A stretch of 64,000 nt of DNA from an uncultured Desulfosarcina sp. (GTDB taxonomy: Bacteria; Desulfobacterota; Desulfobacteria; Desulfobacterales; Desulfosarcinaceae): the NCBI GenBank assembly GCA_963674945.2, contig CAXXWQ010000003.1:1344001-1408000 (forward strand). Direction: 5' to 3'. The notes under the pieces were generated by a model. The model did no database searches and was not told the DNA's origin. It saw only the letters and a list, made by a program, of their open reading frames with translations. The stretch's first letter is position 1. The number at the start of each line of letters is the position of its first letter. The position numbers were made by a program, and so were the translations under genes. Shown here one piece after another: positions 18,535-28,395 of this stretch.

Positions 18535-19709
18535 TTCTTACCGACCCACTTTATCGTTTTGTCGACAACCGGCCAGAACCAATCAAATGAGAGATGTTTC
18601 TCCTTTGCAGACCGCACAAGCAGTAACACTCCGAAACCTCCGAGTGTAATATTGGGCACCCACATGGCGATCAGAGGAGGACAACTTCCATTTTCCCCCA
18701 AAGTCGTTCCAACCGTCAGCAAAATATAGTACAGCAGAAAATAAAAAAGGCAGAGTCCAATGCCGTAAGCCTTATTGGAACGGCGCGATACGATGCCCAG
18801 CGGAAGGGCCAATACCCCCATGGCCAGGCAAGCCACGGGAAGAGAAAACTTTTTATGATATTTCAATAAAGCGCTATCATATACATTCTTCCGGTCCCTT
18901 ACGGTATTCAGATATTCCGTTAATTCGGTCAATGTCATCTCATTCGGGGTCTTATGGGATTCACTGACGACAGACATGACATCCTTTAGGTCGAGCCGTA
19001 TGTCATAGGTTTTAAAATGAATCGTATGAGACGAACGTTTTTTTACATCCAGCTGATTGATGGTGCCGTTATACAACCGCAGATGATATATCAATTTTTC
19101 GGGTTCCCCCACCAAGACGCCTGTGCTGGCTACGACGGTATTGTGTGCGTTTGGCGTTCTCCGGTCTTCGATCAACACATTTTGCAGTGATCCGCTGTTG
19201 GGGTCGATTTTGTTTACATAGAGAATGACATCCTTGAAATTATCGTTGAATGTTCTCTCTTTGAGGCTTACGTCCAAATTGGTGGTTGCAACATCGAGAA
19301 CGAGCTTTTTGAACCGTTCGGCCGACAATGGTACACCGACGATGGTGATGTAGCCGGTGATCAAGGTCCCCAGCAAGCTGAAGGCCAGTACCGGAGGCAA
19401 CATTCTGTAAACGCTCAATCCGCCCGCTTTGATGGCCAGCACTTCATTATCGCCGGACATTCGCAGCAAAGCCAGCAATACCGCCATCATCACCGACATG
19501 GGGATAACATATTGAAAAAAATAGGGTGTGGTATAGGCCAGAAGCAGAAATACGTGAGCGAAGCTGACATTATGGTTGACAATCATATCGGTAATCTCGA
19601 GAAGCTGCTTCATGAGGAAGATGAAAGAGAAAAACGCCATGTTAATAAAAAACGGTGGCAGCATCTCGACAAACAGGTATCGATTCAGGATGGAAAATGG
19701 ATTATTCAA
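18531..19709 (-). CDS. lptF: LPS export ABC permease LptF
   Basis: RMSGDNEVLAIKAGG, KKFSLP, AMWVPN; TTG start. Confidence 0.9.
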   Translation of the reverse strand: MNNPFSILNRYLFVEMLPPFFINMAFFSFIFLMKQLLEITDMIVNHNVSFAHVFLLLAYTTPYFFQYVIPMSVMMAVLLALLRMSGDNEVLAIKAGGLSVYRMLPPVLAFSLLGTLITGYITIVGVPLSAERFKKLVLDVATTNLDVSLKERTFNDNFKDVILYVNKIDPNSGSLQNVLIEDRRTPNAHNTVVASTGVLVGEPEKLIYHLRLYNGTINQLDVKKRSSHTIHFKTYDIRLDLKDVMSVVSESHKTPNEMTLTELTEYLNTVRDRKNVYDSALLKYHKKFSLPVACLAMGVLALPLGIVSRRSNKAYGIGLCLFYFLLYYILLTVGTTLGENGSCPPLIAMWVPNITLGGFGVLLLVRSAKEKHLSFDWFWPVVDKTIKWVGKK

Positions 19710-19863
19710 TTATCGTCTCTTACGCTACCGAGGAGCATATATTTCGTTTGTCCTGAGGCAAGCGGTTCGCCTTTGGCAATTGAAAAGACTTTCTTATAAA
19801 AAGCGTTTCCCATTTAATCCATCGGGAAAATAATGGAAGAATGATCTTTTTTCATAATATTAT

Positions 19864-20580
19864 CTAACCATTTTTGGCCTGGAAAAGCTTTTTACGACGA
19901 CGGTTTTGCTCGTATCGCATCTGAAGCATCTCCACCATCAGCGCAAACCCCATGGGGAGATAAATATAGGCCTTGGGGATGTGTTTGTGCAACCCCTCCA
20001 TGAAAATCGTTACACCAATGGTAATCAAAAAAGACAACGCCAGGATTTTCAGCGCCGGATGACGTAAAATAAAGTCGCCAATGGGGCGGGCAAAGAAAAG
20101 TATGCCCACAAAGGAGATCACAACCGCCGTAATGATAATCCATAGGTGCTGGGTCAGTCCCACGGCCGTAATCACCGAATCGATGGAAAAGACGATGTCG
20201 AGCAAGACGATCTGGAAGACGACACTACTAAGTGAAACCTTGGATTTTTTACCGGCTTCACCGGTTTCATCGTCCAGTTCGATGGTATGGTGAATTTCAC
20301 GAACCGCTTTGTATAAGAGAAAGAGCCCACCGGACAGCATGATCAGGTCCCGGATCGAAAGATTGGCGATAACCGGTCGTGTCATGCTGGCCAATGCCAC
20401 GATGATTGCCAGCATGAAAATTCGTGCGACCATGGCCATGGAAAGGCCAATGATTCTGGCCTTTTGTCGCTGGTTTTCCGGAAGTCGGCCCACAAAGATG
20501 GCAATGACCAATACGTTGTCGACACCGAGTACCAGTTCCAGGCCGATTAAAAGCGCCAATAGGCCGATCGCATCCGCCAT
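19864..20580 (-). CDS. TerC family membrane protein
   Basis: LELVLGVDN, DIVFSIDSVITAVG, KAYIY. Confidence 0.9.
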   Translation of the reverse strand: MADAIGLLALLIGLELVLGVDNVLVIAIFVGRLPENQRQKARIIGLSMAMVARIFMLAIIVALASMTRPVIANLSIRDLIMLSGGLFLLYKAVREIHHTIELDDETGEAGKKSKVSLSSVVFQIVLLDIVFSIDSVITAVGLTQHLWIIITAVVISFVGILFFARPIGDFILRHPALKILALSFLITIGVTIFMEGLHKHIPKAYIYLPMGFALMVEMLQMRYEQNRRRKKLFQAKNG

Positions 20581-21015
20581 TATCTCTTCCTTTCTCCTTG
20601 GGGTAAACAAAAAACGTACGAGAATGACCAACGACCGATATGGTTGGAACACGATTGGATTAGAAATTCAATCCGTTGGTTCGCCGTTTCATCTCAGTTC
20701 AGTTTCATGGGAATTGCTGAAATGTCAACAGTTTTCGAATACGAAAAAATGCGGAAGGGGCGGCATCGAACAGCCATGAGAGCAAACGAAATAAAAAGGG
20801 GTGGGGTTCAACGATTTGGCGGATTGTCCTTTTTCGATATCATCTATTTGTTGTTAGGCTGATGTTTCAAACCAAATGAGTATTCCGAATTTAATGCAAC
20901 TGCGCCGCATGGGGGCAAATTTGCTATTTTTCACCCGGCGGCGCACCGGGCAGCCAGAAACGATAGGCGCGCCTGTCAATTTTCAATGAAAGACAAATCG
21001 CTGACACAGCACCAG

Positions 21016-21903
21016 CTATCCGTTGCGTGTTGCAACGTCGGCGTACAAAGGCATGAGGCGATCAAACAATTCCGCTACTTCGTTGGCGACATCCTCCTTT
21101 TTACCGATGGCCACCTCTTTTTCCATTGTTTTCTCGATACGCAGATCAACAACGGCGGATTTGGCCGCATCCGATAGAAAAGACTGGATTGATTCGACAT
21201 TCGTTTCATTCCCATCCGGATCGACACAGATCCATCGGTCCTCTTTTGCCATGAGGTCCCCGGTGAATCCTTTCTTGCCCAAATCACGCACGACGAGTGA
21301 GCCGGCATCCATCTGCTGGATCAGCCAAGAAATATTTTCCGGTTTTTCGAGCCAGGACATCAATCCCTGCCAATCGCTTGTCTCACCGTCGGAAACTTCG
21401 GGAGAGAGCAATTGAATGCCATAATAAAGGCTTGCTTTTTCTACACGAGCGTAAAATTTGGCCTGATCCTTCAGACTCACCTGTTTCTGCCGTTTGATGT
21501 CCATCCAACTGACCTCGGGTTTCCGAAGAACGGCCCAAGAGTTGAATTTGAAATGGCTGCTCTTCATCAATGCCGCCACTGCACCCCCAAGTTGTCCCCG
21601 ACCACGCCACGTCGTCTTGGAAACACGATTGCTGAAGTCATTTTCTTCGAGACCGCAAAATTGTTTCCCGCCAGTGGAAGCAGATGCCTTTCCACCTTTC
21701 GATTGGTTCTTTTCGGCTTCCTCCAACTCCTTTTCAAAACGCATGCGTTCGATGATGCGCCTTTGCAGATCAATGGGGGTATCAATCTCTTCACCATCTT
21801 CCCAACGGATGTCCATGGAGTCTCTCCGAATGGCAATCACCTCGAAAACGCCCTTCATGTTTTCATATTTTTCGCCGACTTGAAATTTGATCTCTTCTGC
21901 CAT
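21016..21903 (-). CDS. Hypothetical protein
   Basis: 295-aa ORF with RBS AAGGAG and natural composition; no family recognised. Confidence 0.75.
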   Translation of the reverse strand: MAEEIKFQVGEKYENMKGVFEVIAIRRDSMDIRWEDGEEIDTPIDLQRRIIERMRFEKELEEAEKNQSKGGKASASTGGKQFCGLEENDFSNRVSKTTWRGRGQLGGAVAALMKSSHFKFNSWAVLRKPEVSWMDIKRQKQVSLKDQAKFYARVEKASLYYGIQLLSPEVSDGETSDWQGLMSWLEKPENISWLIQQMDAGSLVVRDLGKKGFTGDLMAKEDRWICVDPDGNETNVESIQSFLSDAAKSAVVDLRIEKTMEKEVAIGKKEDVANEVAELFDRLMPLYADVATRNG

Positions 21904-22160
21904 TTGGTTCTCCTTGAAATAAAGGTTATATCAGTACCGATTTCCCCGCATGCACCAGCAAGCTCCATCCGCTACGTAAATCAAACACGTACTTTTCATC
22001 GGGTGCGGAAAATCGCTTTTTCGTCAACCTATCTGGTACCTGCGCGTTTGTCAAACGTTGCCCGAAGTTACATGAAGAGTGACGACCATTTGAGAATTTT
22101 CATGGAAGAATGAGTTACTTTGGCAATGCTGTTGGGCCATCTTTTACCTGGAAAAGCCGT

Positions 22161-22445
22161 TTACGCAACGGACGCATCGGTCTCACAGGTATAGGGATAG
22201 AAATGATGATAGCAAAATCCGCCCGGATCGCTGTACATCACCTCGGTTTCCGTCATGCAGTTGCCAATCATCTGTTTTGAAACTTCTGCATAATCCGGCC
22301 TGTTCTCCTCCACCTGCTTGCAAGCCAGGCAGATGGGCTGGTGATCAAACACCGATAAGATACGCTTTTGTGATGGGGATAGTTTCCCTTCACAACGACT
22401 ACAGGAAATCGCACACAACAAGTTATCTTCCCACGGATCTGTCAT
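22161..22445 (-). CDS. Small Cys-rich, putative metal-binding hypothetical protein
   Basis: RBS GGAGG; CSRC, CLAC and CYHH motifs. Confidence 0.65.
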   Translation of the reverse strand: MTDPWEDNLLCAISCSRCEGKLSPSQKRILSVFDHQPICLACKQVEENRPDYAEVSKQMIGNCMTETEVMYSDPGGFCYHHFYPYTCETDASVA

Positions 22446-22629
22446 TGGCTTACCCCTCCATATTGTTTTTATTGGAAATCCTTTCTTTACAATAACACAT
22501 AAGCGGTGATTTTCAACCCTCTGCCAGGGAGGGGAAGATGCGATGAACGGACGACACATGAACAAGCAGGAGGCCGGAAGGAAACACGAATTGCGTCACG
22601 TTTTTCGATACCGGTGCGAAGGGCGTTGA

Positions 22630-23940
22630 CTAGAGTCGCCAATAGCGGATTTCATTTTGAACGGCAGCGTCCGGGTCGAAGACACCCTTTACGTCAACGA
22701 TAATGGGTCTTTTTCCGCCACAAAGGCTTGCCAGTCTGGCAAGCCCCATTTCCTTGTAGTATTGATGGCAAACGGCCAGAATCAATGCATCCACCCCTTC
22801 GATCCGTTCCAGGTCCAACAGGTCGACACCATAGTATTTTTGGGATTCCGCGGGATCCGCCAGGGGATCATGTACCAGAACATCGATGCCGTAGTCGTCT
22901 AATTCGGCGATGATGTCCACGACCCTGGTGTTTCGAAGATCCGGAACGTTCTCCTTGAAGGTAATCCCCAGTACGCCGACACGGGTGTTGTTGATCTGCT
23001 TGCCCTCTTGAATCATCAATTTCACCAACCGCTCGGCAATGTGCTTGCCCATTGCGTCGTTAATGCGACGGCCGGCCAAAATCATCTCCGGATGGTAACC
23101 GATGGATTCAGCCTTGAATGTCAGGTAATAGGGATCGACACCGATACAATGCCCTCCGACCAGACCCGGCCGGAAAGGAAGAAAATTCCATTTGGTGCCG
23201 GCGGCCTCCAGAACCGAGGTTGTATCGATTCCCATGATATCGAAAATCATGGATAATTCGTTCATCAAAGCGATGTTCAAGTCCCGCTGGGTGTTTTCAA
23301 TGACCTTGGCCGCCTCTGCAACCTTGAGACTGGGTGCCACATGGATACCGGCCTTGACCACGCATCCGTAGACCTTTTCCAGCAGTCGGGACGTGGGTGC
23401 ATCGGAACCGGATACGATCTTCATAATCTTGTCCACCGTGTGCACTTTGTCACCGGGATTGATCCGCTCCGGTGAATACCCCACGGTAAAATCTTTTCCG
23501 AACACGAGGCCGGACGCCTCTTCGAGGATGGGAATGCAGACCTCCTCGGTTGCTCCTGGATAAACGGTGGATTCGAAGACCACCATACTGCCGGGTGAAA
23601 GATTTCGTCCGGTTGTCCGGGATGCGCTGCGAAGGGGGGTCAGGTCCGGTATACGGTGTTTGTCGATGGGTGTGGGAACGGCAACGATGATCAATCGACA
23701 ATCACCCAGGACATCGGGATCGTCCGTATACTGTATTCGGGCGTCGGCCATCTCCTCGTTGGATACCTCCATGGTCCGGTCTTTTCCGACGCGCAATTCC
23801 GTGATTCGTGAAGTCTTGCAGTCATACCCCACCACATCGAAATGCCGTGAAAGATGAACGGCAAGGGGCAGTCCCACATACCCCAGCCCCACGACGGCAA
23901 TCCTCTCGTCTCTTGATAAAAGTGCTTCATAGGTCAACAT
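22630..23940 (-). CDS. Nucleotide-sugar (UDP-HexNAc) 6-dehydrogenase, TviB/WbpO-like
   Basis: GLGYVGLP, ESTVYPG, SPERINPG, KVIENTQRDLNIA, GGHCIGVDP, FKEN. Confidence 0.92.
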   Translation of the reverse strand: MLTYEALLSRDERIAVVGLGYVGLPLAVHLSRHFDVVGYDCKTSRITELRVGKDRTMEVSNEEMADARIQYTDDPDVLGDCRLIIVAVPTPIDKHRIPDLTPLRSASRTTGRNLSPGSMVVFESTVYPGATEEVCIPILEEASGLVFGKDFTVGYSPERINPGDKVHTVDKIMKIVSGSDAPTSRLLEKVYGCVVKAGIHVAPSLKVAEAAKVIENTQRDLNIALMNELSMIFDIMGIDTTSVLEAAGTKWNFLPFRPGLVGGHCIGVDPYYLTFKAESIGYHPEMILAGRRINDAMGKHIAERLVKLMIQEGKQINNTRVGVLGITFKENVPDLRNTRVVDIIAELDDYGIDVLVHDPLADPAESQKYYGVDLLDLERIEGVDALILAVCHQYYKEMGLARLASLCGGKRPIIVDVKGVFDPDAAVQNEIRYWRL

Positions 23941-23983
23941 CAGCGCCTCTCCTTGTATTGCGCAAAAACCGGCATTTTCCGTT

Positions 23984-24724
23984 TTACTCCAAAGCGAGGT
24001 CGAGCTGCGAGAGCAACCGATGCACCTCATCTTCATGCAAGTGGCGCCACGATCCTTTGGCCAGACGGCCGAGGGTAAGATCTGCCACGCGAATCCGGTG
24101 GAGCCGTCTGACACGGTTTCCCACTTTCTTTACCATCCTGCGGATCTGCCGATTTCTCCCCTCTTTCAAAACGATTCGAAAACGATTCGGAGAAAGGCGG
24201 TGAACCCGGGCGGAACGGGTCATGACGCCGGAAAGGCGTATCCCCTTCTCCATGGTTGCCAGGTCTTCGTCGGATATGGGGCGCATAACGGCCACCTCAT
24301 ACTCCTTTTCGTGATCAAAGGAGGGATGCGAAAGACGGTGGTGAATGCGACCGTCATTGGTGAGCAGCAAGAGCCCGCTGGAATCCCTGTCCAGGCGTCC
24401 CACGGGAAAAAGCCGTTGGGGGAGTCGGACGAGGTCGGTCACCACCGGCTCCCCGCGGTGCTTGCAGCTCGTGACGATCCCCTCGGGTTTATTGAGCATG
24501 ATGTATACCCGTTTTCGGATCTGTCTTACCGGCACACCGTCGAGACAAATCAAATCTCGTCCGGGATCCACCTTGGTGCCGAGGGTGGTGACAATATTTC
24601 CATTGACGGTGACCCGACCGGCGAGAATGTGCGTTTCTCCCTTTCGTCGGGAGCAAGCCCCGGCATTGGAGAGAAACTTTTGCAGGCGGACCGATTCCAT
24701 TGGCGCCACCGTGCCTTTCGTCAC
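23984..24724 (-). CDS. rRNA pseudouridine synthase, RsuA/RluB/RluF family
   Basis: S4 domain RLQKFL..AG.CSRR, GRLDRDSSGLLLLTND, EGRNRQIRRM. Start 24724 (GTG) or 24700. Confidence 0.92.
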   Translation of the reverse strand: MTKGTVAPMESVRLQKFLSNAGACSRRKGETHILAGRVTVNGNIVTTLGTKVDPGRDLICLDGVPVRQIRKRVYIMLNKPEGIVTSCKHRGEPVVTDLVRLPQRLFPVGRLDRDSSGLLLLTNDGRIHHRLSHPSFDHEKEYEVAVMRPISDEDLATMEKGIRLSGVMTRSARVHRLSPNRFRIVLKEGRNRQIRRMVKKVGNRVRRLHRIRVADLTLGRLAKGSWRHLHEDEVHRLLSQLDLALE

Positions 24725-25905
24725 GAGCGGTAATCAGCGTTGATTTTGACGTAGTCCAGGGAAAAATCACAGGTGAGCATCCGGGCCGTCCCCCCTCCCA
24801 GGTTGAGGTCCAACGTCGCAGAAAACGCCGGTTTTTTCAATATGGCCGTGGCCCTCTCTTCGGCTTCGGGGCCACACCCCATTCCCTTTTCCACCATCTG
24901 CACATCATCGAAAAAAAGATCCAGGCAATCCGGGTCCAAGAAGACGCCGGCGCGGCCGGCAGCCGCAATGATACGTCCCCAATTGGCGTCTTCGCCGAAA
25001 AAAGCCGTCTTCACCAGCGGAGAATGGGCGATTGTGTCGGCAATGGCCAGGGCATCCGGATCGCTTTTGGCGCCGCGCACGATCAATTTGACGACCTTGG
25101 TCACCCCCTCACCGTCTTTCACCAACTGCCGGGCCAGGTCGATCAATAGATCATCCAGTTGTTTTCGGAAGGATTCCTTATCGCCAGGAGACTGAACCAC
25201 GGCGCCGGATGCACCGTTGGCCATGATGATCGCTGTATCGTTGGTACTGGTGTCACCGTCGATGGTGATCCGATTGAAAGAAACGTTCACGGACCGTTTC
25301 AACGCCGATTGGAGATCATCCACGGCGATCATGGCATCCGTTGCGATAAAACACAACATGGTGGCCATGTCCGGCCGGATCATTCCGGCGCCCTTGGCAA
25401 CGGCAACAATACGATAGGCGATATCGGACGCCTTGCCTTCGCGGACGGCCATCTTGGGTACCGTATCGGTTGTCATGATGGCATTGGCCAGTTCGATCAT
25501 CCCCTCCTCACGCAATCCTTTTGCCAAGAGCGGTATGGCCGAGGCAATCGTATGCGTAGGAAAGGGTTGACCGATTACGCCGGTGGAAGCCACCAGCACC
25601 TGCTCTTCGGGGATATTCAACACCCGGGCAACCTCGGCACTCATGGCCCGGGCGGCATCCATCCCCTGCCGGCCATTGGCGCAGTTGGCATTGCCTGAAT
25701 TGGCGATTACGGCCCGCGCCGTTCCGGATTTCACCCTTTCCCGATCCAGTTTCACCGGAGCGGCCTGGACCAGGTTGTTGGTAAACATCGCCGCCACGTT
25801 GGCCGGACGATCGGACACCAGCATTCCTAGATCGAGATTACCGTTTTTCTTTATCCCGGCAGCCACGCCACCTGCCGTGAATCCTTTACAGGTCATTTGT
25901 CCCAT
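24721..25905 (-). CDS. argJ: Ornithine acetyltransferase / N-acetylglutamate synthase
   Basis: NSGNAN, STGVIG, IMTTDT, KGAGMI.PDMATML, DGDTSTND, DGEG, NWGR, NADYRS. Confidence 0.97.
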   Translation of the reverse strand: MGQMTCKGFTAGGVAAGIKKNGNLDLGMLVSDRPANVAAMFTNNLVQAAPVKLDRERVKSGTARAVIANSGNANCANGRQGMDAARAMSAEVARVLNIPEEQVLVASTGVIGQPFPTHTIASAIPLLAKGLREEGMIELANAIMTTDTVPKMAVREGKASDIAYRIVAVAKGAGMIRPDMATMLCFIATDAMIAVDDLQSALKRSVNVSFNRITIDGDTSTNDTAIIMANGASGAVVQSPGDKESFRKQLDDLLIDLARQLVKDGEGVTKVVKLIVRGAKSDPDALAIADTIAHSPLVKTAFFGEDANWGRIIAAAGRAGVFLDPDCLDLFFDDVQMVEKGMGCGPEAEERATAILKKPAFSATLDLNLGGGTARMLTCDFSLDYVKINADYRS

Positions 25906-26251
25906 GAAATTTTCCTCTTTAAACCATCTGCCACATAATAGAAAAATGAGTTCCTGATGATATCGTTGTTCGGCCAGAGTTGGTCTGGAAAAGCTTTTTA
26001 CGATGCCGTCAGCATAGGGCTTTTCATTGCTCAATTACCACTCCTTGTCAATCGGGGAAATTGAATTTTTCGGTTTGGATATTGCAGCCACTTCCCGGTC
26101 GCGCCGTCGCACTCGTATGGATAGAAATTCTAAATACAGGCAAAGACAGCCATCGATATTAACAATTGGACATCTCCCTATTTTCCGCGGGAAAAGATAT
26201 CATACGGGTTCACATACCGAAATGAATACCCGCTATGGATATTGAAAGGAG

Positions 26252-27535
26252 ATGGCAATGAGTGAAGATTACCGGTCCATGTGGGCCGATTTGGGACTCG
26301 ATCTGAAAGCGCACGACGCCCTGTTGGGTGTTCTGGGGCAAGCATATCAGGACATTTATCTTTCACAGAAAAACCGGCCCGAGGGAATGGGCTATTTCGA
26401 TTTTGTCATGAGTGAAGTTCACGGTCTGCGTATCAAGGAATTGCTGGATGAAAAGGAGGCCGGCCGCAAAATCATCGGGTCCTATTGTGTGTTTGTCCCC
26501 GAAGAGATCGTTCTGGCCGCCAACGCCACGCTGGTCGGACTTTGCAGCGGAGCGGATTTTGCGACGGAAGATGTGGAAAAACTGCTACCGCGAAACACCT
26601 GTGCCCTGATCAAGTCGTCGTTCGGTTTCAAAATCGGTAAGGTGTGCCCCTATCTGGAAAGCGCGGACATGATCGTGGGGGAAAATACATGCGACGGAAA
26701 GAAGAAGGCCTATGAATCCTTAAATGACCTGGTTGAGAACCTTTATGTCATGGATGTGCCCCAGGTCAAGTCTGAAAACGGCAGAGCACTACTCAAGTCG
26801 GAATACAACCGTTTCAAGGATGCGGTGGAGAACCTTACCGGTGTCTCGATTACGGCCCAATCGCTGAAAGAGGCCATCCGCACTGTAAATGCCAAGCGTG
26901 CAGCCATTCATCGACTCTCATCCCTGCGAAAAGCGGATCCGGCGCCGATCTCGGGTCTGGATGCCCTGCTGGCCAACCAGGTATCTTTTTACGACAACCC
27001 GGCCCGGTTTACGGAATCCGTGAACAAGATCTGTGATGAACTGGAACAACGCATTCAAAACAAACAAGATGTTTTCCTGGAAAAAAGACCCCGCATTCTC
27101 GTGTCCGGGTGTCCACAGGCAGTGCCCAATTGGAAACTGCCAATGATCGTCGAAACCTCCGGTGCGGTCATTGTCGGCGAGGAATCATGCGTGGGCGAAC
27201 GCGGCACCCGCAACCTGACCGATGAAACGGGCGAAACAGTGGATGAAATGTTGGACGCCATCGTCGATCGCTATTTTAAGGTGGACTGCGCCATTTTTAC
27301 ACCCAATCCCGACCGCCTGGAACACATCCAGGAAATGGTCGCCGCCTACAAGGCCGACGGTGTCATCCATTACGGCTTGCAGTTCTGCCAGCCGTATCTG
27401 ATGGAGGCAATACCCGTAGAAAGGGCATTGGAGGAAAAGGACATCCCCTGCCTTCGCATCGAAACCGACTACTCCATGGAGGATGTCGGCCAGTTGAAGA
27501 CGCGCGTGGAGGCCTTTATTGAACAACTCAGATAG
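26252..27535 (+). CDS. Double-cubane-cluster protein (DCCP)-type reductase, 2-hydroxyacyl-CoA dehydratase superfamily
   Basis: NRPEGMGYFD, CVFVPEE, RNTCALIKS, TCDGKKK, EESC.GER, QFCQPY, GQLKTRVEAF. Confidence 0.85.
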   Translation: MAMSEDYRSMWADLGLDLKAHDALLGVLGQAYQDIYLSQKNRPEGMGYFDFVMSEVHGLRIKELLDEKEAGRKIIGSYCVFVPEEIVLAANATLVGLCSGADFATEDVEKLLPRNTCALIKSSFGFKIGKVCPYLESADMIVGENTCDGKKKAYESLNDLVENLYVMDVPQVKSENGRALLKSEYNRFKDAVENLTGVSITAQSLKEAIRTVNAKRAAIHRLSSLRKADPAPISGLDALLANQVSFYDNPARFTESVNKICDELEQRIQNKQDVFLEKRPRILVSGCPQAVPNWKLPMIVETSGAVIVGEESCVGERGTRNLTDETGETVDEMLDAIVDRYFKVDCAIFTPNPDRLEHIQEMVAAYKADGVIHYGLQFCQPYLMEAIPVERALEEKDIPCLRIETDYSMEDVGQLKTRVEAFIEQLR

Positions 27536-27600
27536 ATAGTGCCCGCCCAGAAATGACCTGTTTCTGGCCAGACACAATATAGTGATTCCCAGGTTTTACT

Positions 27601-28368
27601 ATGCATTTTACTGGTATTGACATCGGCTCTCGCACCATTGAAGTGGTGGTGGTGGATGAGGCGGGACAGATAAAGGATCGTCTTCAGGCGGACACCGGTT
27701 TCGACCCCATGCGTGAGGCCCGGCGCATGCTTGACGGTGTGGCCCATGACGGCATCATGGCCACCGGTTACGGCAGAAATCTGTTGGAAATCGCCTTCGA
27801 CGCACCCACGGTGACCGAGATTAAGGCCCATGCCCACGGCGTGCGCGCCCTGTTTCCCGATGCGCGCACGATCCTGGATATTGGGGGACAGGACAGCAAG
27901 GCCATCGCCCTTTCGGAGGCCGGCAAGGTGAAGAAGTTCGAAATGAACGATCGCTGCGCCGCCGGCACAGGAAAGTTCCTGGAGATCATGGCAAAGGCCC
28001 TGGGGTATGACATTGAAGGCTTCGGCACCGAGGCACTCGCCGCGGACAGGGAGACCACCATCTCCAGCATGTGCACTGTCTTTGCCGAGTCCGAGGTCAC
28101 ATCCCTGATCGCCAAGGGACAGGATCGCCGTGAGATTGCCCTCGGGCTGCACGCCAGCGTGGTCCGCCGTGTTGCCGCCATGATCCAGCGCGTGGGAACG
28201 GACGGCGATATTGTCTTCACCGGTGGCGTAGCGCAAAATCCGTGCATGAGAACGCTGCTGACACAAAAGATCGGCCGGCCGGTAGTCTATCCGGATGCCC
28301 CCCAGTTTACCGGTGCCTTGGGGGCGGCGCTGTTGGCAAAGGCTGCCCTGGAACAGGGTGAACGATGA
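27601..28368 (+). CDS. ATP-dependent [4Fe-4S] activator (HgdC/BadF-G, DCCP-reductase type)
   Basis: GIDIGS, ATGYGR, DIGGQDSK, MNDRCAAGTGKF, SSMCTVFAESE, GGVAQN. Confidence 0.93.
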   Translation: MHFTGIDIGSRTIEVVVVDEAGQIKDRLQADTGFDPMREARRMLDGVAHDGIMATGYGRNLLEIAFDAPTVTEIKAHAHGVRALFPDARTILDIGGQDSKAIALSEAGKVKKFEMNDRCAAGTGKFLEIMAKALGYDIEGFGTEALAADRETTISSMCTVFAESEVTSLIAKGQDRREIALGLHASVVRRVAAMIQRVGTDGDIVFTGGVAQNPCMRTLLTQKIGRPVVYPDAPQFTGALGAALLAKAALEQGER

Positions 28369-28395
28369 AAGACGCAAGATAGCGGTAGAATGGTT

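Noticed and set aside
20581..20760. yybP-ykoY Mn riboswitch upstream of terC
   Set aside because: The expected GGGGAGUA, CAAUAC and GAGAC-type core motifs are not visible on the minus strand.
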